Position numbers and translations under genes: made by a program. A model generated the notes under the pieces. The model had not been told where the DNA came from and searched no databases. It saw only the letters and a list, made by a program, of their open reading frames with translations. Source: a virus (lineage: Duplodnaviria > Heunggongvirae > Uroviricota > Caudoviricetes). From it: 46,408 bases of DNA. Shown here piece after piece: positions 17,031-25,366 of this stretch (position 1 is the stretch's first letter; the number at the start of each line of letters is the position of its first letter). The stretch is taken from the IMG/VR virus record IMGVR_UViG_2740892219_000006; one strand, written 5' to 3'.

Positions 17031-17546
17031 ATGGCGTTAACACACCGCGAACTCTGTCAGATTGCGTACAAGTTCCTTAAGCGCAACGGGTTCAAGGTTT
17101 GCTTTCATGACCGCTTTATAGCTGTAACCAGTACCGGAGAACAGCCAGATGCTATGGGATTCAGAAATTCAGCATCATGCCTGATAGAGGCAAAGTGTTC
17201 TCGTGCTGACTTGTTGGCAGATAGAAAAAAGCGTTTCCGTAAAAATCCCTCACTTGGCATGGGCGACTGGCGATTCTTTATTAGTGAGCCGGGAATTATT
17301 TCAGTTGAGGATTTACCTCCCGGCTGGGGATTACTTCACGTTGTTAACGGAAGAGTACGGAAAGTACATGGGTGGCCCAAGGGAAATTGCTGTTGGGGTA
17401 ATCCTGACGATAAGCCATTTACTGGAAATAAGCAGGTTGAATGCGATTACATGTTATCTGCATTAAGGCGCATGGAGTTGAGAGGGCACCTTAATGAAAT
17501 ATATGACGGTGTAATTGTTAATAAGAAAGAAGGAAACGCGGCATGA
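17031..17546 (+). CDS. Putative PD-(D/E)XK-family nuclease
   Basis: AAGGAG RBS before ATG 17031; motif PDAMGF...CLIEAKCSRAD is compatible with a D...E.K nuclease core. Confidence 0.4.
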   Translation: MALTHRELCQIAYKFLKRNGFKVCFHDRFIAVTSTGEQPDAMGFRNSASCLIEAKCSRADLLADRKKRFRKNPSLGMGDWRFFISEPGIISVEDLPPGWGLLHVVNGRVRKVHGWPKGNCCWGNPDDKPFTGNKQVECDYMLSALRRMELRGHLNEIYDGVIVNKKEGNAA

Positions 17547-17986
17547 TTACTATTACCAAAGAGCGACTACTGACAATCAAGCAGTGGCGCGAAACATACG
17601 GACCTAGTAGCAACGTTGTACTGCCAGCAGAAGAAGCGGAAGAACTGGCACGAATTGCTCTGGCAGCGCTGGAAGTCGAGCCGGTTGCAGTAAACGACGA
17701 CATGGCTTACGCATTCCATCACGCATTGTCAGATTCATCGCTAGGCGCTGATGAAGTAGAGGAAATTAAGGCCGGTTTGCGTGCTGCCTTTGCCAACGTC
17801 ACTATCCAACCAGAGCCGGTAGTGCCGGATGATGGTCGCGAAAAGTTCGAAGCACTTGTCAGGTTTCATGCGGGTGATAAAGACCATGAAACATTATTGC
17901 TTCGTGCCAACGAAGGGATGAATTACCAGGACCCGAATGTTGATCTGGCGTGGATATTCTGGAAGTCCAGTCGTGAACATATATAA
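17543..17986 (+). CDS. Hypothetical acidic protein (147 aa)
   Basis: Start overlaps the upstream stop; no recognised domain. Confidence 0.45.
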   Translation: MITITKERLLTIKQWRETYGPSSNVVLPAEEAEELARIALAALEVEPVAVNDDMAYAFHHALSDSSLGADEVEEIKAGLRAAFANVTIQPEPVVPDDGREKFEALVRFHAGDKDHETLLLRANEGMNYQDPNVDLAWIFWKSSREHI

Positions 17987-18328
17987 GCTGTAGTGAGAAG
18001 CCATGCGATTACGAGCAGTATTCAGATATTCAGAGCGGATAATGAAGCACATACAACCGAAAACATGGCAGAAACTGGACTCTATGGGAGTTAAGTTGGA
18101 GAAGATTACTCAACTTAAGCAGTGGCATATCGGCGAATATTATGGAAGTCCTGGTCGGGATGTTCGGTTGGTAAAAAGTTGAACATTGCTTTTTTATTGA
18201 TCGATTAACCACGATATGAAGGTTTTTTTATGGGAAAACCTTGTTTTAGGTGGTAACTGGGTGTAGTGTTTCATTTAACGTAGTAAAACTGCGTTAAGCG
18301 ATTACCGCGTAATTTGTTGCTTTATGAA

Positions 18329-18359
18329 GCCCTGCCTTTTTCGGCGGGGCTTTTTTTTT
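18329..18359 (+). terminator. Rho-independent terminator ending the early operon
   Basis: GCCCTGCC-loop-GGCGGGGC hairpin followed by a 9-T run. Confidence 0.7.
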
Positions 18360-18372
18360 AACGAGGATTTCA

Positions 18373-18768
18373 ATGTCAGCAGAACCAATTTCCGGTACGG
18401 CCGTTGCTGCTGGTGGCCTGATGGGTGCCAGCGTTTTTGGTATTGCAACTGGTATTGATTACGGCGTTGTATTCGGGGCATTTGCTGGCGCTGTTTTCTA
18501 TGTTGCTACAGCGGTGAATATTAGCCGTCTCAAGCTGATTGGCTATTTCTTTACATCGTTCATTGTTGGAGTGATTGGAGCGCCGTTAGTTGGCTCATTT
18601 CTTGCCAAATGGACCAGCTACAACGATCGTCCTCTGGATGCGCTTGGTGCGGTTATTGTGGCTGCATTGACCATTAAAATCCTCACGTTCGTAAACAGCC
18701 AGGATCTCGGTAGCATCTTTGGAATGCTTTCCCGCTTACGTGGAGGGGGTTCAAATGGTAAGCAGTGA
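18373..18768 (+). CDS. Holin-like membrane protein
   Basis: 131 aa, several hydrophobic segments, first gene of the lysis cassette. Confidence 0.5.
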   Translation: MSAEPISGTAVAAGGLMGASVFGIATGIDYGVVFGAFAGAVFYVATAVNISRLKLIGYFFTSFIVGVIGAPLVGSFLAKWTSYNDRPLDALGAVIVAALTIKILTFVNSQDLGSIFGMLSRLRGGGSNGKQ

Positions 18769-19051
18769 CCCGTCAGCACTGATTAATGCGGTGCTTTGCA
18801 CAGTAATCGTAATGGCGCTGATGCTTTATCGACGGAAAGACTCCAGGCATCGTCCATTTGTTTCCTTTCTGGCTTATATCTACGTCATTGTATACGCCAA
18901 TGTTCCCTTCCGTTATGTGTTCGGTCTTTATCAAGAATCCCACTGGCTGGTGGTTATTGGAAATCTGATTATCTGCATCGTTGTTCTGTATTTCAGGGGC
19001 AATCTGGCGCGGATAGTTGACGCATTAGGATTTAATCATGACCAAAGATGA
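18755..19051 (+). CDS. Second small membrane protein (holin/antiholin-like)
   Basis: 98 aa from ATG 18755 (GGAGGGGG RBS); two hydrophobic segments. Confidence 0.45.
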   Translation: MVSSDPSALINAVLCTVIVMALMLYRRKDSRHRPFVSFLAYIYVIVYANVPFRYVFGLYQESHWLVVIGNLIICIVVLYFRGNLARIVDALGFNHDQR

Positions 19052-19580
19052 GATTTTTAACAGCATTCTTGGAAAAGAGGGCGGCTATGTGGATCACCCT
19101 GACGACAAGGGAGGCCCAACAAAGTGGGGCATTACTCAGAACACTGCCCGTGCTCATGGATACCGTGGCGATATGCGCGATTTAACCCGCGAACAGGCAC
19201 TAGAAATCCTTGAGGCTGATTACTGGTACGGACCACGCTTTGATCAGGTGGCCGCATTATCCTCTGATATTGCCGCAGAGCTGTGTGATACCGGTGTGAA
19301 TATGGGGCCAACAGTGGCGTCCAAAATGCTTCAACGCTGGCTGAATGTGTTCAATCTGCGTGGGAAGCTGTATCCCGATTTGGATGCAGATGGACGAATC
19401 GGTCCACGTACCATTAATGCGCTGCGTGCTTATCTTGGGAATCGGGGAAAAGACGGCGAACGGGTGATGCTGACGTCGCTGAACTGTACGCAGGGCGAAC
19501 GCTATCTGGAGTTGGCGGAGAAGCGCGAGGCGAATGAGTCGTTTGTCTACGGCTGGATGAAAGAGCGAGTGGTGGTATGA
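19038..19580 (+). CDS. Endolysin (glycoside hydrolase family 108 plus peptidoglycan-binding domain)
   Basis: N-terminal KEGGYVDHPDDKGGPTKWGIT signature recalled for GH108 lysozymes. Confidence 0.8.
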   Translation: MTKDEIFNSILGKEGGYVDHPDDKGGPTKWGITQNTARAHGYRGDMRDLTREQALEILEADYWYGPRFDQVAALSSDIAAELCDTGVNMGPTVASKMLQRWLNVFNLRGKLYPDLDADGRIGPRTINALRAYLGNRGKDGERVMLTSLNCTQGERYLELAEKREANESFVYGWMKERVVV

Positions 19581-19855
19581 CTGGTTTGAAGGCCGTTTTG
19601 TCATTTATTGGCACAATTATATTGGTTGCATTCGGCGCGTTTGGTTTTGGTCGTATGAAGGGGCGAGAAAAGGCCGAAGATGAAGCTGAAAAGCAGCGCA
19701 TTAATGAGAATGCAGCCGCCGTAAAAGCCACTGCGGAGCGGCGTATAGAAGTGACAAAAGAGGTGGGGAATGTACAGCAGAGTGTTAACCATATGGCTGA
19801 TGACGATGTTGATCGCGAGCTGCGGGAGTCGTGGAAGCGTCCCGGTGGTGGTTGA
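19577..19855 (+). CDS. Rz-like inner-membrane spanin
   Basis: 92 aa with N-terminal TM segment and charged coiled-coil region; follows the endolysin. Confidence 0.6.
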   Translation: MTGLKAVLSFIGTIILVAFGAFGFGRMKGREKAEDEAEKQRINENAAAVKATAERRIEVTKEVGNVQQSVNHMADDDVDRELRESWKRPGGG

Positions 19856-19979
19856 TACCGCCTGTGATTGGGTAAAGCCCATCTACCTGACTGATCACGA
19901 CATCGATGTTATGGACCGCCAGACAAAGAAAGATATTCTGGCTCATAACAGGGCATGGGAAATCAACTGCCGAAAGTAA
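19770..19979 (+). CDS. Rz1-like outer-membrane lipoprotein spanin, overlapping Rz in another frame
   Basis: Signal peptide with lipobox LIASC; AGAGGTGGGG RBS; starts inside the Rz reading frame. Confidence 0.55.
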   Translation: MYSRVLTIWLMTMLIASCGSRGSVPVVVDTACDWVKPIYLTDHDIDVMDRQTKKDILAHNRAWEINCRK

Positions 19980-20013
19980 TATATATTTCTATAATTATAT
20001 AAATATATAGTTA
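19977..20013. repeat. AT-rich 22-bp motif copy
   Basis: TCTATAATTATATAAATATATA; same family as the par-region iterons. Confidence 0.45.
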
Positions 20014-20148
20014 CAACATTCTATGCGCTTTTCTCATGAGCGCACGCATCAACCATGTTTGTCTGATATGCCGCCGCGCCCAAAAATCCTGAATTTATTG
20101 GCTGGGATTTTCGTGCGCGGCGCCACACCAGACAAACAGATCAAATAT

Positions 20149-20224
20149 GGCCCCTTAGCTCAGTGGTTAGAGCAGGCGACTCATAATCGCACGGTCATCG
20201 GTTCAAATCCGGTAGGGGCCACCA
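20149..20224 (+). tRNA. tRNA with CAU anticodon (Met or lysidine-dependent Ile2 type), 3-prime CCA encoded
   Basis: Manually folded cloverleaf: 7-bp acceptor GGCCCCT/AGGGGCC, D-stem GCTC/GAGC, anticodon loop CTCATAA, T-stem ATCGG/CCGGT with TTCAAAT loop; the 5-prime half resembles the E. coli Ile2 tRNA from memory. Confidence 0.85.
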
Positions 20225-20532
20225 ATTCACTCTCACACATAAAGATAAGCGCGGTGGAGTTACTTCCTTCGTGCTCATCTTTATGCGTGCCTGGTGCGCA
20301 TTTCGGGCGAACGTGGGGCTAAGTTACAGGCAGGGCCTGTTATCCGCAAAGGGGTAAAAGCTGGAGCGGCGCGGAACTGTAGCCGTGTTACCAAAACAGC
20401 GTTGTCGGGCGATATCCGGCACACAACAGGCAAGGGCATTAATCAGTCTGGTTAGTGCCCTTTTCGTTGTGTTTGCTGTAGAGCTGGCCAGCGTTATGAC
20501 TGCCGGAGATAAGCGCCGGAGGCACAACTAAC

Positions 20533-21120
20533 ATGGAGGCAATTGCATTGTTTAATCTGATTTATGCAGATCCCCCCTGGGAATACAAAGACAAGTGTAA
20601 GGATGGGAATCGTGGAGCTGGTTTTAAGTATCCAACGATGAAAGCTGAGGATATTGCTCGTATTCCTGTCTGGCAGCTTGCTAATCCTGAATCGTGTTTG
20701 TTGGCCATGTGGTGGGTTCCGACTCAGCCAGAAGAAGCGTTGCTGGTGGTGAAAGCATGGGGATTCAGGCTTATGACCATGAAGGGCTTCACATGGAACA
20801 AATGTGGTAGCCGACAACCAGATAAGCTGGTGATGGGGATGGGGCATATGACTCGTGCGAACAGTGAAGATTGCTTGTTTGCGGTAAAAGGCAAACTGCC
20901 GACCCGCCTTGATGCGGGGATCATTCAGTCGTTTACATCGCCTCGTTTGGAGCATTCTCGGAAGCCTGATGTGGTCCGTGACAAGCTGGTAAAGCTGTTA
21001 GGCGATGTTCCTCGTATTGAGCTGTTTGCTCGCGGAGATTTACCTGATGGTTGGCATGGCTGGGGCAACCAGTGCAATGGAGGTATCCAGTTGCATGATG
21101 CTCTCTGGCAAGTGGTATAG
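20533..21120 (+). CDS. MT-A70-family N6-adenine DNA methyltransferase
   Basis: 195 aa with DPPW motif (LIYADPPWEY) near the N-terminus; GGAGG RBS. Confidence 0.8.
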   Translation: MEAIALFNLIYADPPWEYKDKCKDGNRGAGFKYPTMKAEDIARIPVWQLANPESCLLAMWWVPTQPEEALLVVKAWGFRLMTMKGFTWNKCGSRQPDKLVMGMGHMTRANSEDCLFAVKGKLPTRLDAGIIQSFTSPRLEHSRKPDVVRDKLVKLLGDVPRIELFARGDLPDGWHGWGNQCNGGIQLHDALWQVV

Positions 21121-21123
21121 AAT

Positions 21124-21233
21124 TATATAATTATAGATTTATATAAAAAGTGCTTTGCAGGTGGGAAAAAATTTCCTATAGTGGCAACCAGAAACCGAGC
21201 GATAGTCGCCCTGGTTAAACCGGAGATAACCCG
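21124..21233 (+). promoter_or_regulatory. Conserved promoter/leader/RBS cassette, copy C
   Basis: TTTGCA (21154-21159), 17 bp, TATAGT (21177-21182); the leader differs from copies A/B by clustered substitutions creating AACCAG...CTGGTT complementarity. Confidence 0.55.
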
Positions 21234-21494
21234 ATGAAAAGTAGCGATATGGTAGAAGCTCTCGAAATTAACGCAGCAATCGATACTATGATTACTGACC
21301 GTCAGGCAATTGCTGATCGCCAAAAACACCACGTTGATGTACTACAAGAAACTTGGGATCTTGTGCGCTTGGGGCATCAGTATAAAGATGCTGGGAAGGA
21401 CTGGTATCGCTGGGCGAAAGCTACAGCAATTAGACTGTGGGAAAGCACGCAATCTCGGGCAGAAGAGCTGAAAGATAACGGGGTGAGTCTATGA
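21234..21494 (+). CDS. Hypothetical protein (86 aa)
   Basis: Driven by cassette C; no recognised domain. Confidence 0.45.
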   Translation: MKSSDMVEALEINAAIDTMITDRQAIADRQKHHVDVLQETWDLVRLGHQYKDAGKDWYRWAKATAIRLWESTQSRAEELKDNGVSL

Positions 21495-21688
21495 GCTACA
21501 TTCCATTCTCTCGCGCAACGACAGCACAGCGTATCGAGATCATTGCGAACGACATTGAGCGTCTTAATGAAGATGTTAACCAAATGGTTGATACGGGCGA
21601 TTTAACTCTTTGCAAGCTGTTAAAAGTGCAAGCCATGATGCGTGATCTACAGACCAAAGCAAAAATTGTCTCGATACATGCTGAATAA
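21491..21688 (+). CDS. Hypothetical protein (65 aa)
   Basis: Translationally coupled; followed by a terminator. Confidence 0.4.
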   Translation: MSYIPFSRATTAQRIEIIANDIERLNEDVNQMVDTGDLTLCKLLKVQAMMRDLQTKAKIVSIHAE

Positions 21689-21702
21689 TTCGAATCTCTA
21701 AC

Positions 21703-21729
21703 GCCCCTTTACCCATCGGGGCTTTTTTA
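21703..21729 (+). terminator. Intrinsic terminator
   Basis: GCCCC-loop-GGGGC followed by TTTTTT. Confidence 0.55.
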
Positions 21730-21970
21730 TGTGTTCTGTATGGGGTTGCTGGAGGGCTAACTGATGTAGGTGGAAATATGTTTGATGAATTTGACGGTTT
21801 CTGAGCTTGATGCGTGACGACGGCGTTACTCCGGTCGGGTTCCCATGGCGACGTAGTGAGGGAGAGGAAGCGTAAAGCATCACTGAGTTACGGTTGGCGC
21901 CCGATTTAACGCGTAAGCAGCCTGATAATGAGATGGTACACCGCAACCTATAGCGGTAATTAACAACGAG

Positions 21971-21996
21971 CCTCGGCAATTGCCGGGGCTTTTTTA
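21971..21996 (+). terminator. Intrinsic terminator with no ORF upstream (orphan)
   Basis: CCTCGGC-AATT-GCCGGGG followed by CTTTTTT. Confidence 0.6.
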
Positions 21997-22020
21997 CATC
22001 CAGACAAAGGAGAACATGGG

Positions 22021-22320
22021 ATGCCTTCGACAAGCACCAAAAAAGAAATGGCGATTAGTGATGTGCTTTACGCGCTTTCGATTATGTGTGACGGAGCAAT
22101 GATTAGGATGAAAGTCCTCCATGAAGCATACGGAAAAAGTCACGATGAGGCAGCTAAAGAGTGCCTGAATGAGATTGTGGACTTCATTGATAGCCATCGT
22201 TCAATTATATCGCGTCAACCGACAGCGTCGTCCATCACGATTAGCGCACCGGTTATCAATATATCAGTAACTGCGGCATGTAAATCAGCAGCGGAAGATG
22301 ATCGTGCTTATGCCGAGTGA
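22021..22320 (+). CDS. Hypothetical protein (99 aa)
   Basis: AAGGAGA RBS upstream; no recognised domain. Confidence 0.4.
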   Translation: MPSTSTKKEMAISDVLYALSIMCDGAMIRMKVLHEAYGKSHDEAAKECLNEIVDFIDSHRSIISRQPTASSITISAPVINISVTAACKSAAEDDRAYAE

Positions 22321-22510
22321 TTTGTTCTGGTTTCCGCTTCCAATAAGAGATTTGTTGGTATTTCTGGCTGGCGCTTACGTCTGGAGAAAAGCGAAAGACA
22401 CCTCGTTATCTTTGAGGTTTGTCTTAGCTATATCGGTAGGAACCGCGCTGGGGACGGCTTATCTCTTGACATTACTGGAGATATTCATTGAAGAATGGAT
22501 AGTTTCATGA
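22298..22510 (+). CDS. Small membrane protein (70 aa)
   Basis: Two hydrophobic segments; overlaps neighbouring genes. Confidence 0.35.
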   Translation: MIVLMPSDLFWFPLPIRDLLVFLAGAYVWRKAKDTSLSLRFVLAISVGTALGTAYLLTLLEIFIEEWIVS

Positions 22511-22659
22511 ATGGTGTTGGCATTTTTCTGATGGTTGTGGCCGTGTGTTTTTGTATCTCGCTGGTGGTTATTGCTGGTGTCCTGTGGCGCATCTTAGTGG
22601 CGCAGAGAGCTTTTCGGCTTAAGCGGGAGCAAATGCGCCTTGATTTCTATCGAAAGTAA
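22507..22659 (+). CDS. Small single-pass membrane protein (50 aa)
   Basis: ATGA start/stop overlap with the upstream gene; hydrophobic N-terminus; followed by a terminator. Confidence 0.35.
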   Translation: MNGVGIFLMVVAVCFCISLVVIAGVLWRILVAQRAFRLKREQMRLDFYRK

Positions 22660-22667
22660 CTCTTACA

Positions 22668-22697
22668 GCTTCGCGGTGTCGCGGGGCTTTTTATTTT
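22668..22697 (+). terminator. Intrinsic terminator
   Basis: GCTTCGCG-GTGT-CGCGGGGC followed by TTTTTATTTT. Confidence 0.55.
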
Positions 22698-22708
22698 CAG
22701 GTGATGTT

Positions 22709-23119
22709 ATGGAAAAGAAAGAAGATAAACCGATTGCCATTGGTGCAGAGTCTGTTCCGTTTAAGTTTGAATTATCCCAACTGGTAACAATGCGTATCAG
22801 TGACGAATGGGGAGAAGTTCAAGCCCGTGCTCAGTATGCAAATGGCGAAAACCAGTATCTGATTCACTATCAGGCGGCTGATGGCCGTGCTACCACAGAG
22901 TGGTTCGGTGAGTCGATGCTGATTGCGATGGAAGATGATCGTTATCCTGGCTGCCCTGTTTTTGCCTGTGTTGATTTGCCAGAAGGCGCGGTACTTGAAG
23001 ACGACAAAGAAGAATGCTCGTCTGATGGCGAACTTGTCATTACTGGAATCGTTGATGGTAAGCCGGAATACTCTCGTATTGAGGTAAATAACGGCTGCCT
23101 CCGTTTGATCCCTGCGTAA
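22709..23119 (+). CDS. Hypothetical protein (136 aa)
   Basis: AGGTGA RBS before ATG 22709; no recognised domain. Confidence 0.4.
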   Translation: MEKKEDKPIAIGAESVPFKFELSQLVTMRISDEWGEVQARAQYANGENQYLIHYQAADGRATTEWFGESMLIAMEDDRYPGCPVFACVDLPEGAVLEDDKEECSSDGELVITGIVDGKPEYSRIEVNNGCLRLIPA

Positions 23120-23353
23120 CGCATTACAGCAGCTCTTGTGCCTATCAGGGGCTGCGATAATGCGCAAACCAAAGCTGCCTCATTAACCCCAGCTCGCTGT
23201 GGAGTTAATGCTGGTGGCTTTTTTATTACTGGAAGGTGGGCGACCGCCGTCAGTTGCGACCTGACGACAGTCATTCATACCCACAGGGTGCCGTGGATAC
23301 AAACCGAGGCCCACTTGCTTGCACAAGCGAGGGGATTTTAGCGGATAAACGGC

Positions 23354-23977
23354 ATGACAAAACATCTTAATGTGGTTTCTTTACCACTTTCTGTGTTGAT
23401 TGGTTATGAAAAGAACGCTCGCACACACTCCGTGGAGCAGGTAGATCAGATTGTTGCCAGCATACAGGAGTACGGATGGACTAATCCGATCCTGATAGAC
23501 GAGAACAACGTTGTAATTGCTGGTCATGGTCGAATTGCTGCGGCCACTCAGTTGGGGATGGATGATGTTCCCTGCGTTGTTCTGGCTGGGCTAACGGAGA
23601 ATCAGAAGAAGGCATATCGTCTGGCCGACAACCGTATTCCGCTGAATGCTGGTTGGGATGAAGAGTTGTTAAGCGCGGAGCTTGCAGATCTTGCGGCCGA
23701 TGATTTTGCTCTGGACTCAATTGGTTTTACTCAGCGCGAACTGGATAACTTATTGAGTGCGGCAGTCTACGATGACACAGAGGGTATGGATATCCCATTT
23801 GAGAAGGATGAGGCCAAATCAGGCGTAAAAGTTCAGTACCTGTCATTTGGAGGTCATAAAATCCCGGCAACGGATGAGGAAGCGGATCGTTTTGACTGCG
23901 CGGTGTCTCGTTATGTTGATGATAATGGCAGCTATATCGGATTTGTATCCGCATTGCTGGCTGGGGAGGTGTGCTGA
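23354..23977 (+). CDS. ParB-like nuclease domain protein (paralog 1)
   Basis: ParB N-domain-like NPILIDENNVVIAGHGRIAAA; clearly paralogous to the 26644-27234 product. Confidence 0.7.
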   Translation: MTKHLNVVSLPLSVLIGYEKNARTHSVEQVDQIVASIQEYGWTNPILIDENNVVIAGHGRIAAATQLGMDDVPCVVLAGLTENQKKAYRLADNRIPLNAGWDEELLSAELADLAADDFALDSIGFTQRELDNLLSAAVYDDTEGMDIPFEKDEAKSGVKVQYLSFGGHKIPATDEEADRFDCAVSRYVDDNGSYIGFVSALLAGEVC

Positions 23978-25350
23978 TGCTTCACCTCAATTACGACATA
24001 ACGCACCTACGCGGCGCGGAATATAACCCGCGTTTTATCGGTGAGGATGATCTTGCGAGGCTGGCGGAAAGCGTCAGGGAGCTGGGGCTTGTGAAGCCAT
24101 TGATAGTGCGCGGCGATTTGCTGGTGGCGGGACACCAAAGGACGAAGGCGCTACGTAAATTGGGAATAACGCGTGCTGCGGTGTATGTGTTGCCCTGTGA
24201 AACGACGGTATACGACGAAGTACGGTTTAACCAACTGCATAACGGAACGGATTTTGATAGCGGAGATGAGCGTTGCAGGGTGTCAGGTCTGGAAGATAAG
24301 CATGGTTTTGTTCAGGTATCGGCAAGCCAGATCTCAGGCAATATGCGCGCGAAAATGGCATATGTTCGAAAGAACATAGCGGAACTGGTTATCAAGTATG
24401 GTCCGTGGGGTGGTTGTGTTGCTACTCAGTCTGGTGAGGTTATTCACTGTGCTCAGTATGCATTAGCAGCGAAAATGACGCGCACACCGCTAACGGTGTT
24501 TGTGATCCCTGATGTTGAGAAGGAAAAATACCAAAGTTATCTGAATAAAACTTATGGTGTATTTGAGTATTCTCATCTGGAGAAAACAACATACATCCAG
24601 ACGTATGCGCAGCTTATGCGGTTGCGTAATGGTGGCAGCCTGAAATCAAATCTGTATGAGTCGTTGATCCTCCCGATCATTGCCAAGACGCCAAGAGGAA
24701 TTGATTTTGGTTCGGGGCAGGGAGACTACGCGCGAATGCTCAGGGCAAAGGGATATAACCTGCATGATCTCGAGCTTTTCCGCCGTAAGGGCGCTGGAAA
24801 CACTCTGGATAGGGCCGCAACAAACCGGATGATTGATACGCTGGTGGACGACTTAAAAACGCGAGGGCGTTACGACTACGTGATTTGCGATAGCGTTTTG
24901 AACTCGGTCGATAGTGTCGAGGCTGAATGGTCCGTTCTGACGGTTCTAAAAGGCCTGTGTAAAGCTGGTGGGTCAATATTCTTTTCTGGTCGTAGCCGTG
25001 GAGAGCTGGAAACAGTCCTGAAGCAAACACAAGCGGCGAGTTCCAAAAGCCGGCTTTATTTTATTGATCATAACGGTTTTACCGCGTTGTACCGGAAGGG
25101 GCACTGGTTTTACCAGAAGTTTCACTCTGATGATGAAGTGAAGCAGTTGTGTCGTGTACATGGTTTCAGGATTAAGCGGTCAATATTCAACTGTAAGAGC
25201 TGGTATTTGCACGTCATTAACGATGATTCCCTTAGTTGGGCGAGTCTGGAGAAAGCTGTTCGTTTTGAGTTTGAGTTGCCGTTGCCTGGTGGTTCAACAA
25301 TCGGACGATCTGATGATGTGCTGGCGGCTTTCCGGCCGTTGATTAAGTAG
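23974..25350 (+). CDS. Fusion protein: ParB-like N-terminal domain plus class I SAM-dependent methyltransferase-like domain
   Basis: N-terminus LIVRGDLLVAGHQRTKAL (ParB-like); C-terminal half with GIDFGSGQGDYARML (motif I), DYVICDSVL and LKGLCKAGGSIFFS; no DPPY/NPPY amino-methylase motif seen. Confidence 0.6.
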   Translation: MMLHLNYDITHLRGAEYNPRFIGEDDLARLAESVRELGLVKPLIVRGDLLVAGHQRTKALRKLGITRAAVYVLPCETTVYDEVRFNQLHNGTDFDSGDERCRVSGLEDKHGFVQVSASQISGNMRAKMAYVRKNIAELVIKYGPWGGCVATQSGEVIHCAQYALAAKMTRTPLTVFVIPDVEKEKYQSYLNKTYGVFEYSHLEKTTYIQTYAQLMRLRNGGSLKSNLYESLILPIIAKTPRGIDFGSGQGDYARMLRAKGYNLHDLELFRRKGAGNTLDRAATNRMIDTLVDDLKTRGRYDYVICDSVLNSVDSVEAEWSVLTVLKGLCKAGGSIFFSGRSRGELETVLKQTQAASSKSRLYFIDHNGFTALYRKGHWFYQKFHSDDEVKQLCRVHGFRIKRSIFNCKSWYLHVINDDSLSWASLEKAVRFEFELPLPGGSTIGRSDDVLAAFRPLIK

Positions 25351-25366
25351 TGTGTAGGAGGCGCTG

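Noticed and set aside
20023-20322. 99-aa ORF on the plus strand
   Set aside because: It overlaps the well-folded tRNA at 20149-20224.
20149-20530. tRNA as an integration (attP/attB) junction
   Set aside because: No integrase or excisionase-like gene was recognised anywhere in the window, and plasmid replication and partition functions are present.
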